A stretch of DNA of 64,000 nucleotides from Clostridia bacterium. Its GTDB lineage: Bacteria > Bacillota > Clostridia > Oscillospirales > Acutalibacteraceae. The position numbers and the translations under genes were made by a program. Shown here one piece after another: positions 17,325-25,288 of the stretch (its first letter is position 1; every line of letters begins with the position of its first letter). Under the pieces are notes generated by a model. It did no database searches. It saw nothing but the letters and a program-made list of their open reading frames with translations, and had not been told where the DNA came from. The stretch covers positions 7,809-71,808 of the forward strand of contig JAFVBH010000001.1 in assembly GCA_017480115.1 (NCBI GenBank), given 5' to 3'.

Positions 17325-18023
17325 ATGTCTTATATATTCTTTTGGAAAACCGATGAAGAGTATGGATTCTTAAGCAATTGGTATCATAGCCCTTTTATTG
17401 TTGATGGAATTGAATACTATCATACAGAGCAATATTTTATGGCTAAGAAAGCCTCTTTCTTCGGTGATTTGGTGCACCAGAAAGAAATACTTGCTTCCTC
17501 ATCGCCAAAGAAATGTAAAGACTTAGGATGCCTTGTATCACCCTTTGATCCTGTAGTTTGGGATGAGTTTCGATACGGAATCATGATGAACGCAAATCTT
17601 GCTAAATTTACTCAGAATCATGAACTCCGTAAAAAACTACTCGATACAGGGGATTCGCTTCTCGCAGAAGCAAGCCCTGTGGATGGCATTTGGGGGATTA
17701 AACTTTCTGCCGATGAAGCGGCAAAATTGCCACCGGAAGAATGGCCGGGCTTAAATCTAATGGGCAAAATCTTAATGACCTTAAGATCAGATTTTAGATC
17801 AGATATATTTAAATTAACAGGTAAAACAGATCATCAATTAAAGATAGAGTGGCTGAAACAAGTTGAACGTAATTTTGGTATAATTAATTTGCGTGAACAT
17901 GAAAGGCTGCTTAACTCAATCGAAAAAAGTGATTCTGGGGGAAAAGAGATAATTTGCAAGAGAAACTTTAGCCGTTCATACCGTGTGAATAGAAAAAAAG
18001 GCAAGGAGGATAAGGTTGTATAA
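17325..18023 (+). CDS. NADAR (YbiA/DUF1768) family protein with a C-terminal extension
   Basis: FFWKTDEEYGFLSNWYHSPFIVDGIEYYHTEQYFMAKKA...ASPVDGIWGIKL. AGGAGG sits 7 nt before ATG 17325. Confidence 0.85.
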   Translation: MSYIFFWKTDEEYGFLSNWYHSPFIVDGIEYYHTEQYFMAKKASFFGDLVHQKEILASSSPKKCKDLGCLVSPFDPVVWDEFRYGIMMNANLAKFTQNHELRKKLLDTGDSLLAEASPVDGIWGIKLSADEAAKLPPEEWPGLNLMGKILMTLRSDFRSDIFKLTGKTDHQLKIEWLKQVERNFGIINLREHERLLNSIEKSDSGGKEIICKRNFSRSYRVNRKKGKEDKVV

Positions 18024-18246
18024 CATAATAATCGATTTTGCACACAATGATGTTGTATTATCTGCAGCTATAGGAAAAAATCTTGGAGATATAATTGACT
18101 TTGTTTTTCTAATCAACAAAGAGAAGGGCGTACTGGCGATCACAAGCGATGTAGAATTAGACAACTTAAATAAAATAAAAAGAACGGGACATCGCCGCAA
18201 CTCACGCATAAATAGGTATTATGACGAAACTGTTGACGGATATTGA
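18016..18246 (+). CDS. small hypothetical protein
   Basis: 76 aa. Overlaps the NADAR stop by 8 nt. Confidence 0.4.
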   Translation: MYNIIIDFAHNDVVLSAAIGKNLGDIIDFVFLINKEKGVLAITSDVELDNLNKIKRTGHRRNSRINRYYDETVDGY

Positions 18247-18264
18247 ATACGAACTTCCTACAGA

Positions 18265-18456
18265 ATGCTGTACTTATTTAGAGACTTTATTCCCGACTTT
18301 TCTGAAAAAAACACTTATTCAACACAGGGAGAAAAAGCGACCAATGCAAACGTAATTCTGTTTGATTTAACAAAAGCGCAACGACACCAAAAAGTTGAAA
18401 ACAGAACTTCTAAACTCGGTGAGGATATAACTCGACCATACAATCCCGTTTTATGA
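18265..18456 (+). CDS. small hypothetical protein
   Basis: 63-aa ORF. Weak support. Confidence 0.3.
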   Translation: MLYLFRDFIPDFSEKNTYSTQGEKATNANVILFDLTKAQRHQKVENRTSKLGEDITRPYNPVL

Positions 18457-18569
18457 GTCAGAATAAATGTAAAAACACCACCGTAAAATATCTTGGTCGC
18501 GTTACTTTTTCAAATATAAAGAAAATGCATCAGCTCCCATAATTGGAATCCGATGCATTCGATGAGTTG

Positions 18570-18887
18570 TTATCGTCTCGGTTTAAATTTGGCGCTATAG
18601 GCCTTTACCGCTTCATCTTTTGAAAGCCATCCAAACTTTTGCAAAAAGGCGAGTTTCTCTTCGTCAGTTACCCATTTTTGCAAGGTGTGAAGCACACCGT
18701 CATAGCGTTCGTTTTCCTTACCGTTGAAAAACTTACCTCCGGGCCCCTTTTTAAGCATCACCGGAATGCCCTCTTTTATAACTTTCCAAACGGATGAGCC
18801 TCCTGTAGTTTCAATGCTATCGCCCACAATTCCGTCAAGTTCTCCGGCAGCCATCCTGTTCAATAAAGTTCTTTCTTCATTAGTCAC
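18570..18887 (-). CDS. hypothetical protein downstream of the MerR gene
   Basis: 105 aa, 25 nt after the MerR stop on the same strand. Confidence 0.6.
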   Translation of the reverse strand: MTNEERTLLNRMAAGELDGIVGDSIETTGGSSVWKVIKEGIPVMLKKGPGGKFFNGKENERYDGVLHTLQKWVTDEEKLAFLQKFGWLSKDEAVKAYSAKFKPRR

Positions 18888-18912
18888 AGTTACACCTCCG
18901 CTGTATAGATAT

Positions 18913-19566
18913 TCAAATCTTCTGAGTCATAAGCCCCGATGGGATATTCTCGAATCCAGCCTTCAAGCGTATGACTTCATCACAGAATGGACAAGTACAA
19001 CAATCGTCTGTATCAAAGCTATAAACAGTGTCGGGACCCATTCCATTCTCTTTCTCAGATCCGCTTTCATCATAAACGTAATCTGAAAGATCGACATCGA
19101 ATTGTTTTCCACAGACCGGACATTCAATAGAACGAAGCATTGAAATCGGAGAGTAATCTGCGTCATCATAGTCCATGAAGTTTACACCTGCACGTTCACG
19201 CGCCCGAATTAAGTACATAATTCCAGCAGAATTAAGGTTTTCATAATCTTCATCACGAGCTATTATTTCACTCGCAAGCTCAATTGATGCTTGCATCCTT
19301 TGAATCTCATCAGAAAAACTTCTGATTTGTTCTATAAGAGCATTTTTTAATGAGATGGTTTCTGCCTGGATTTTACGAATATCTGCACATGACAGACCAG
19401 ATTTTGTTAAGACCGTTAGACGTTCAAGATGACGATAATCCCGCTCCGTATACTCAGTTCGCCCATTTATGGTTTTACCCTCAGGAACAAAAACACCCTC
19501 CTTTTTGTAATATTTGATCTTTTCTCTTGTGATTCCGAGTTTTTCAATTATATCTTTGGTTTGCAT
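18913..19566 (-). CDS. MerR-family regulator with a C-terminal Cys4 zinc-ribbon-like tail
   Basis: MQTKDIIEKLGITREKIKYYKKEGVFVPEGKTINGRTEYTERDYRHLERL. AGGAGG precedes ATG 19566. Tail has CPVCGKQF...CCTCPFCDE. Confidence 0.85.
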   Translation of the reverse strand: MQTKDIIEKLGITREKIKYYKKEGVFVPEGKTINGRTEYTERDYRHLERLTVLTKSGLSCADIRKIQAETISLKNALIEQIRSFSDEIQRMQASIELASEIIARDEDYENLNSAGIMYLIRARERAGVNFMDYDDADYSPISMLRSIECPVCGKQFDVDLSDYVYDESGSEKENGMGPDTVYSFDTDDCCTCPFCDEVIRLKAGFENIPSGLMTQKI

Positions 19567-19591
19567 AGTTTCGGAACCTCCTTTCAAGGGT

Positions 19592-19623
19592 ATTGTAACA
19601 GATGGGGACTTTGTCCCTGTCAA
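19592..19623 (-). promoter_or_regulatory. MerR-type promoter with a long spacer and internal palindrome
   Basis: The minus strand reads TTGACA (19623-19618), a 20-nt spacer containing GGGACAAAGTCCC, then TACAAT (19597-19592) preceded by TGT. Confidence 0.6.
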
Positions 19624-19746
19624 GAGTTTTTTTGATAAATTTTACGATTTTTTGCCCCTATATATTAACATAAAAGTCATAAGCTGTCCATTGGTCCTGA
19701 CAAAAGATAAAACTCATTCACAGAAAAACAGATGCATCCAGCAAAT

Positions 19747-19861
19747 GGGGTGCATCTGATTTAATATGCGGGGTGCATCTGCCGAAATGGGGTGCATCCT
19801 TTCTTTTTAGTGAGGTGCAAACATAAAAAATGGGGTGCATTTTCCGAAAAGCGGGGTGCAT
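19747..19861 (+). repeat. array of six direct repeats GGGGTGCAT (one degenerate)
   Basis: Copies start at 19747, 19770, 19789, 19812 (GAGGTGCAA), 19832 and 19853. Start-to-start spacing is 23/19/23/20/21 nt. Confidence 0.85.
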
Positions 19862-19954
19862 TCTATCAAAATTTTAGTTCTTTGCCATAAAAGAACGGTA
19901 GTTTTGATAGAATTACCGTTCTTTTCTTTTTGCCTGAAAATCCCTTGATTTGGA

Positions 19955-20040
19955 GGCTTTTCCCAATACTATTCCATTGGAAAAGCCGCTGTGAATGTCT
20001 TTTCCGCAACGGCTTTTCTTGCTTTTCCACCGCTTTTCCC
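19955..20040. repeat. cluster of GCTTTTCC motifs (five direct, one inverted)
   Basis: Motifs at 19955-19964, 19979-19987 (inverted), 19997-20005, 20011-20019, 20021-20028 and 20032-40. The last three are 10-11 nt apart. Confidence 0.7.
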
Positions 20041-20054
20041 GGAAACCAAAAAAT

Positions 20055-20102
20055 GTAATCGTTGAATAACTGGGGTAATCGTTAAATTATAGCATAATCG
20101 TT
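20055..20102 (+). repeat. three direct repeats (G/A)TAATCGTT
   Basis: Copies at 20055-20063, 20075-20083 and 20094-20102, spaced 20 and 19 nt. Confidence 0.75.
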
Positions 20103-20201
20103 AAAATATGAAATGATGGGTTTTTACATCTATAATTGGTGTTTAGTCGATTAGGTTGAAAAAACTCATTTTTTGTGATACTATGATTATAAGTTAAACA
20201 T

Positions 20202-20393
20202 TTGGATGTAATGACGATGGAGAATGTACATTTTATCATTTATCGAAAAGCAGCATTCGCAGGGGCGCTCTTGCCTTACAACATTTATATCAATGGTCAG
20301 TTTGTCAGTACAATTAAAAATGGACAAACGCTCCATGTAGATGTTCCCAGAGCCGATGTATATTACAAAAAACTAAATTTGATGACTGTATAA
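20202..20393 (+). CDS. short ORF of doubtful status
   Basis: 63 codons, AT-rich, preceded by TTGAAA-17-TACTAT. No convincing RBS. May be a fragment. Confidence 0.3.
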   Translation: MDVMTMENVHFIIYRKAAFAGALLPYNIYINGQFVSTIKNGQTLHVDVPRADVYYKKLNLMTV

Positions 20394-20544
20394 AATCATT
20401 GCGAGGTGCATGAGTACATCATTCTTCATATCGTTATTTTTCTGCTTATTTTGCTACTTACCCCATGATAACTGCAACTCACCGAAAAACGATTGAAACT
20501 TGGAACAAAACATGATAAAACAAAACCAGTACGGAGGCGATTGT

Positions 20545-20997
20545 TTGAAAATAACCATAGAAACACCCGCGCCGGGGGCGGAGGATGAATTGATAATTAG
20601 ATGCAGGGCGTTATCTCCGGCGGTCAAACGCCTGCTGCAACAGATTGAAGCCGGTGAACAGAAAATCACCGCTTATACGGAAAAGGAAATCGTTACCCTA
20701 AACGCCGGTGAAATATTTTACTTTGAATCCGTGGATAATCGCGTGTTCGCCTATACGGAGAAAAATGTTTACGAAGTGAAACAAAAACTGTACGAGTTGG
20801 AAGCCGATCCGATTCTGACAGACTTTGCGCGGATCTCAAAATCCGTGATCGTCGGCGCATCAAAAATCGCCGCCGTATCGCCGCTGCTGAACGGACGGCT
20901 GGAGGCGAAGCTGAAAAACGGCGAATGCGTGATTATTTCCAGACAATACGTTCCCATTCTAAAGAAAAAACTCGGGATCAAGGAGAGAACAAAATGA
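20545..20997 (+). CDS. LytTR-domain DNA-binding protein
   Basis: TTG start 7 nt after GGAGG (20533-20537). EIFYFESVDNRVFAYTEKNVYEVKQKLYELE...FARISKSVIVGASKI...ISRQYVPILKKKLGI. Confidence 0.8.
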   Translation: MKITIETPAPGAEDELIIRCRALSPAVKRLLQQIEAGEQKITAYTEKEIVTLNAGEIFYFESVDNRVFAYTEKNVYEVKQKLYELEADPILTDFARISKSVIVGASKIAAVSPLLNGRLEAKLKNGECVIISRQYVPILKKKLGIKERTK

Positions 20998-21410
20998 AAC
21001 TGCTCAATGAAATATTCAAATACTTTGCCTATATCACCGCAGGCACCGCGCTGATTTGCTTTATCGCGGTTTTGCTTCACCACGGCGATACGGTATCGGT
21101 GTGGATGCTGGGCGAAATTCCCGCCGTTGGGCTGATTACAGCGCTGATCACCGTGCCGATCCTACACAAAGAATGCAAAACCAAAAAAGGCTTGTATCTG
21201 CTGTTATTTCTGCATTTTATCCTTTTGTCCGCAGTAATGTCTGCGCTCGGCGTGTCGTTTGACTGGATCGGGCTTTCCGCAAAGAACATTCTGTTTATGA
21301 CGCTCTGTACTGCGCTCGTTTACGCGTTCACCTATTCGGGCATTTATCTTTCCTCCAAAAAGGACGCGGATGAATTAAACGAGGTCATCAAGGCAAAGAA
21401 TCAACGATGA
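20994..21410 (+). CDS. small 4-TM membrane protein (DUF3021-like partner of LytTR proteins)
   Basis: ATGA overlap with the LytTR gene. Four hydrophobic segments in 138 aa. Confidence 0.6.
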   Translation: MKLLNEIFKYFAYITAGTALICFIAVLLHHGDTVSVWMLGEIPAVGLITALITVPILHKECKTKKGLYLLLFLHFILLSAVMSALGVSFDWIGLSAKNILFMTLCTALVYAFTYSGIYLSSKKDADELNEVIKAKNQR

Positions 21411-22138
21411 AAACGAAGCTTCAACTCAGCGGCAATCAGATCAAGCTGATCGCCATCGTCGCCATGACGGTGGATCACCTGACATGGATTTTGTTCCCCG
21501 GTTACAATACGGCGTGGTACGCGGTCGCGCTGCACATTTTCGGCAGGATCACCGCGCCGATCATGTGGTACTTTATCGCGGAGGGCTATCACTATACCCG
21601 AGACGTCAAAAAATACGCCGGACGACTGTTCCTGCTCGCTTTTATCTCGCACTTTGCCTACTGTTTGTTGTTCCGGCACCCGCTGATCCCATTCCGGCAG
21701 TCGGTTTTCGATCAGACGAGCGTGATCTGGTCGCTGGCGTGGGGTTTGGTGCTGCTGATTGTCTATGATAGCAAACAATTTAAAACATGGCAGAAAACGG
21801 TGATCATACTCTTGGTATGCGCGATCACGTTCTGTTCGGATTGGAGCTGTATCGCGGCAGTTGCAGTTTTGTTTATCGGCGCAAATCGTGGCAATTTCAA
21901 AAAGCAAATGCTGTGGCTGATGGTTTGGACTGCCGTGTACGCTGCGGTCTATATGGTGTTTCTCGATGCGCTTTACGGCGCGCTGCAGCTTGGCACGGCG
22001 CTGTGCATACCGATCCTCTGTTGCTATAACGGACAGCGCGGCAAGTGGAAGGGAATGGGCAAGTTCTTTTACGTCTATTACCCGGCACATCTGCAGCTGA
22101 TCGGATTATTGCGAATGTTTCTTGAAAACAGGGCTTGA
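21407..22138 (+). CDS. TraX-family membrane protein
   Basis: LSGNQIKLIAIVAMTVDHLTWILFP...FGRITAPIMWYFIAEGYHYTRDVKKY. Confidence 0.8.
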   Translation: MKTKLQLSGNQIKLIAIVAMTVDHLTWILFPGYNTAWYAVALHIFGRITAPIMWYFIAEGYHYTRDVKKYAGRLFLLAFISHFAYCLLFRHPLIPFRQSVFDQTSVIWSLAWGLVLLIVYDSKQFKTWQKTVIILLVCAITFCSDWSCIAAVAVLFIGANRGNFKKQMLWLMVWTAVYAAVYMVFLDALYGALQLGTALCIPILCCYNGQRGKWKGMGKFFYVYYPAHLQLIGLLRMFLENRA

Positions 22139-22253
22139 CATTTGTTTTTAAGAGAGTTAGAAGCCAAAAGACATTTATGGAAAAACCTCATTCCCATAAA
22201 TCAGCATATTTGGTTCTGCTTGAAAGAACAGTTCATTCCAATTTCACATTTGT

Positions 22254-22612
22254 TCAAACTTCAGTTGGGTGGGATGCAAATCTTCCGAGAGTGGGGGGCA
22301 TTTCAAAGCCAATGCCGACCGTTTTTGCAATCAGCTTTGCCCTGCGCAAATTGTTCATATATCCGCTGTCGAGCAGAACCTTTTGGGCGGCGATTTGTTG
22401 CCTGCAAATCAGGTCGAGCGCAACAAATCCGCCTGCGGGTAGAAATACAACCCATTGATCGCACCGCCGCGCACGGCAAGCGCCACCGTACCCGCAAATA
22501 AGAAGAACGCCTACGGCGTATCAACCCCCACGTCTCCCTGCCCGGTCGGATCGGTTGCAGCAGCGTGTCGGACGAGTATGCTCAAGCCACGGACAGTCTG
22601 TCTCAAACCGAT
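22254..22612 (-). pseudogene. possible decayed gene remnant
   Basis: Minus-strand coding-like reading ...GLSILVRHAAATDPTGQGDVGVDTP, then an in-frame TAG, then AFFLFAGTVALAVRGGAINGLYFYPQADLLRS, then a frameshift, then DLICRQQIAAQKVLLDSGYMNNLRRAKLIAKTVGIGFEMPP... No intact ORF spans it. Confidence 0.25.
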
Positions 22613-22695
22613 TCTTAGGTTTGAAGTTTTATCGGTTAAAAGCTTAAAAGTGCGCAGTGCAAGCGTTTTCTGTTCCGGCTTACGCCCCGTGTGCA

Positions 22696-24048
22696 TTATT
22701 TGCTCTTATTGCATATTGAAACCGTGTTTTTGTTTATAAAAATATCAACGGTTTGCTTGCCGAATTGCAATCCGGTGAGCTTAATATCACGTATTTCATC
22801 GGGGAGATGCGGAGATACGGAAATTGTACCTTCTTTCACATCAACGGATACGCCCATGATCCCCGCAATGACCTGTGAAATAAAGGTAAAAGAAATTTCA
22901 GGATAATCTCCGTTTGTCCCTTGGGCTGCCCTTTCGTGCGGCATGTCCTTCTGCGAAATAATATGTTTCATCCAGAACCACGCACGGTTGTTCTGCTCAT
23001 ACGGGAAAAATACCTCGGGCAGATAAGTGAGGCTTTCTATGTTATCCTCCCTTGTGCGCTCGTCCAGTTCTTTTTCAAAAATATAATCAAGCAGTTTGTC
23101 ATTCCGTTCGCCGGGATAGGAAAGCCGCTTCATGGGAATGAACAGCAACGACGCTCCGCCGTGGATTTCAGCGCCGTTTTTTCGCCATTCATAATACTTT
23201 TTCCCCTTATTGTCAATCGCATAGGCGTACATATCACTACCGGCGACAACACTCCAGTTATGATTGAAGTATTCCTTTAATAATTCAGCGCGTTTCAATT
23301 GCGCGTCGGCTTCTGCAGCACGTCCTCTGCATTTTAGGATGTTGGCATAAGCGAGCGTTGCCTGATACATGGCGGCAATGCTGTCGCCAGCCTCAGCAGC
23401 ATGAAAGCCGCGCTCGTTATAGGTCGCAGTGATTTGGAATATATCCCCAAACCCCTCGGGGATCCCGTTCTTTTCCGGTAAAACCGCGCCGTCAAGGCTG
23501 TCGATAAAATCGGTCATGATCTTTTCAATATAATTCAATATGACCGGATCATGGATATATCGGTCGTCGCCTGTCCAAAGATACAGTTTATACGCCGTTT
23601 CAACAAGCTCAAACTGCGCCGTGATCTCCCGCACAAAGGTATTATAATTCGGCGTATCCATATAGTAAATGCTGTTGTCAAAATTGAATGCCCAAGGCGC
23701 AAACCAGCCGGTTTTCTCACTTGCATGACTAGCAAACGTATAAAACATATGATAGATTTCATCATCAAGACCGACAAAATGCGCGCCGACCGCCTGATGA
23801 ACGAAGTCACGGATATAGTAAGCCGTTCTGTCAAAATACCCCGCCCAAAACGCAGGCTTATAATCCTTGGGGCGCGCCCATGTCGCAGACGGCGTATCGA
23901 GCACAAGTCCGTTCGGACCGTACCACTTTCCGCCGTCCCCTTGATTAACGGCGCCGTTTTTCACGCCGGTCACAACGAATTGCGCTGTCTTTTCGACCGC
24001 CCATGCGAACGCGCTTTGCAAAAATTGGTTACTGCTTTCAAGTTTCAT
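22696..24048 (-). CDS. hypothetical enzyme, possibly an (alpha/alpha)6-barrel glycoside-hydrolase-like protein
   Basis: Clean 450-aa ORF. The GIPEGFGD...ERGFHAAEAGDSIAAMYQATLAYANIL pattern is reminiscent of six-hairpin glycosidases, by eye only. Confidence 0.5.
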   Translation of the reverse strand: MKLESSNQFLQSAFAWAVEKTAQFVVTGVKNGAVNQGDGGKWYGPNGLVLDTPSATWARPKDYKPAFWAGYFDRTAYYIRDFVHQAVGAHFVGLDDEIYHMFYTFASHASEKTGWFAPWAFNFDNSIYYMDTPNYNTFVREITAQFELVETAYKLYLWTGDDRYIHDPVILNYIEKIMTDFIDSLDGAVLPEKNGIPEGFGDIFQITATYNERGFHAAEAGDSIAAMYQATLAYANILKCRGRAAEADAQLKRAELLKEYFNHNWSVVAGSDMYAYAIDNKGKKYYEWRKNGAEIHGGASLLFIPMKRLSYPGERNDKLLDYIFEKELDERTREDNIESLTYLPEVFFPYEQNNRAWFWMKHIISQKDMPHERAAQGTNGDYPEISFTFISQVIAGIMGVSVDVKEGTISVSPHLPDEIRDIKLTGLQFGKQTVDIFINKNTVSICNKSK

Positions 24049-24149
24049 ATGCTATTTACCTGTTCCATCATTTCCGCATTTTCCCTGCGTTGGGGAAAAA
24101 ACAGACGCAATCGGTTTTCACGGGCAGATTTTCTGCTGTTTCCTTCCCG

Positions 24150-24956
24150 TTATTCGTAAAGCGCGGGACGTCTTAGCCCCGTATACGATTTTCCGTTTCT
24201 GGTTTCGGTTGCAGCAGAAAGCTCCAACGTTGCCAGCAAAAGCGTTTCCTCGCGCTCGGCAAGCGCAAGCGTTTCTCCGTTGCAGTCGCAGACAATGGAT
24301 TCCCCGGAAAAAACCATACCGTCCTCCGCGCCGACCCGATTACACATGGCAATATGCACGCTGTTCTGAAATGCCTGCACCTTGATCTCCCACTGAAACA
24401 GCGCGGAAGGCTCCGCTGTTGTATTTGCGGTGGGAATCAGAATCAGTTCCGCCCCCCGCAGCGCCTGCGTGCGGATACTCTCCGGATAATGCCTGTCGAA
24501 ACAGACAACGATACCGATCTTTCCGAGCGCTGTATCAAACACCGAAAACCCTTCTTCGGCAGGTGTATAGTAGCTCTGTTCAAAAAATCGATCACACTGC
24601 GCCACATGCACCATTTTCTGCCTGCCGATAATATTCCCCTTGTCGTCGATCAACAAGCTCATATCGTATCGGCGCCCGTTTTCCTCAAGATAGACGTTCG
24701 GCGATGCATAAATATGATTTTCCCGACACGCGTGACAAATGCCGGCAATATACGGGCTGTCCGGATGTAAAACATAGACGGACGCATCACGATCCGCATA
24801 CTGGGGAAAGAACGGCGTCAGCTGAATTTCGGGAAAAACGATCAGATCCGCCCCCTTTTCAGCCGCGTCACGGATAAAACGTACGGACTTCTGATAGTTT
24901 TCTTCCATATCGGCATGCATGCGCATCTGCACTAAAGCGATTTTCATAGTCATCAC
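24150..24956 (-). CDS. carbon-nitrogen hydrolase (nitrilase superfamily)
   Basis: KIALVQM...ADLIVFPE...[13 protein letters not shown]...LILIPTAN (Glu-Lys-Cys triad context). Confidence 0.9.
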   Translation of the reverse strand: MMTMKIALVQMRMHADMEENYQKSVRFIRDAAEKGADLIVFPEIQLTPFFPQYADRDASVYVLHPDSPYIAGICHACRENHIYASPNVYLEENGRRYDMSLLIDDKGNIIGRQKMVHVAQCDRFFEQSYYTPAEEGFSVFDTALGKIGIVVCFDRHYPESIRTQALRGAELILIPTANTTAEPSALFQWEIKVQAFQNSVHIAMCNRVGAEDGMVFSGESIVCDCNGETLALAEREETLLLATLELSAATETRNGKSYTGLRRPALYE

Positions 24957-25282
24957 CCAAGCTTATCGCCGTTTTTCACGGGTCTGTCCGGTGCGATCAA
25001 CACCACGCCGCCGTCGCTGTAGGTACCGAGCACCAGCACCTCCGACATAAAATCCGCGATCTGACGCGGCGAAAAATTGACAACGGCAAGTACCTGCTTG
25101 CCGATCAGCGCCTCCGGCGTATAGTGGTTTGTGATTTGCGCGGAGGATTTCTTGATTCCAATCGTACTGCCGAAATCAATTCGCAGCTGATAGGCGGGTT
25201 TTCTTGCTTTTTCAAATACGGCAGCGTCAATAATCGTCCCGACGCGAATATCGAGCTTCAAAAAATCATCAAATACCGCCAT
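24953..25282 (-). CDS. CsaA/EMAP-type tRNA-binding domain protein
   Basis: [14 protein letters not shown]...[11 protein letters not shown]...[26 protein letters not shown]. Confidence 0.85.
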   Translation of the reverse strand: MAVFDDFLKLDIRVGTIIDAAVFEKARKPAYQLRIDFGSTIGIKKSSAQITNHYTPEALIGKQVLAVVNFSPRQIADFMSEVLVLGTYSDGGVVLIAPDRPVKNGDKLG

Positions 25283-25288
25283 TGCGCG

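Larger units (their letters stand above)
1..20544. mobile_element. AT-rich integrative/accessory island with a large-serine-recombinase module; left end outside the window, right end somewhere between about 19650 and 20544
   Basis: Spot G+C counts of 60-nt lines are about 37-42% inside (lines 13021, 16021) and about 58-63% to the right (lines 34021, 45301). Contains the recombinase operon at 914-4602, a divergent XRE pair and co-oriented, mostly hypothetical cargo. Composition shifts within the first tens of nt of the LytTR gene. Confidence 0.6.

Noticed and set aside
19747-19861. Possible CRISPR array
   Set aside because: The repeat unit is only 9 bp and the spacers 10-14 bp, far too short. 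One unit is degenerate and no cas genes are present.
20202-20393. 63-codon ORF as the 5' half of a target gene split by the island
   Set aside because: Its AT-rich composition matches the island rather than the host. For a plus-strand gene the interrupting element would have to lie to its right, where host genes begin. No 3' half is visible.
21407-22138. TraX gene as evidence of a conjugative element on the G+C-rich side
   Set aside because: This is a stand-alone TraX-family membrane protein with host-like composition and no other transfer genes nearby. Such orphans are common in Clostridia.
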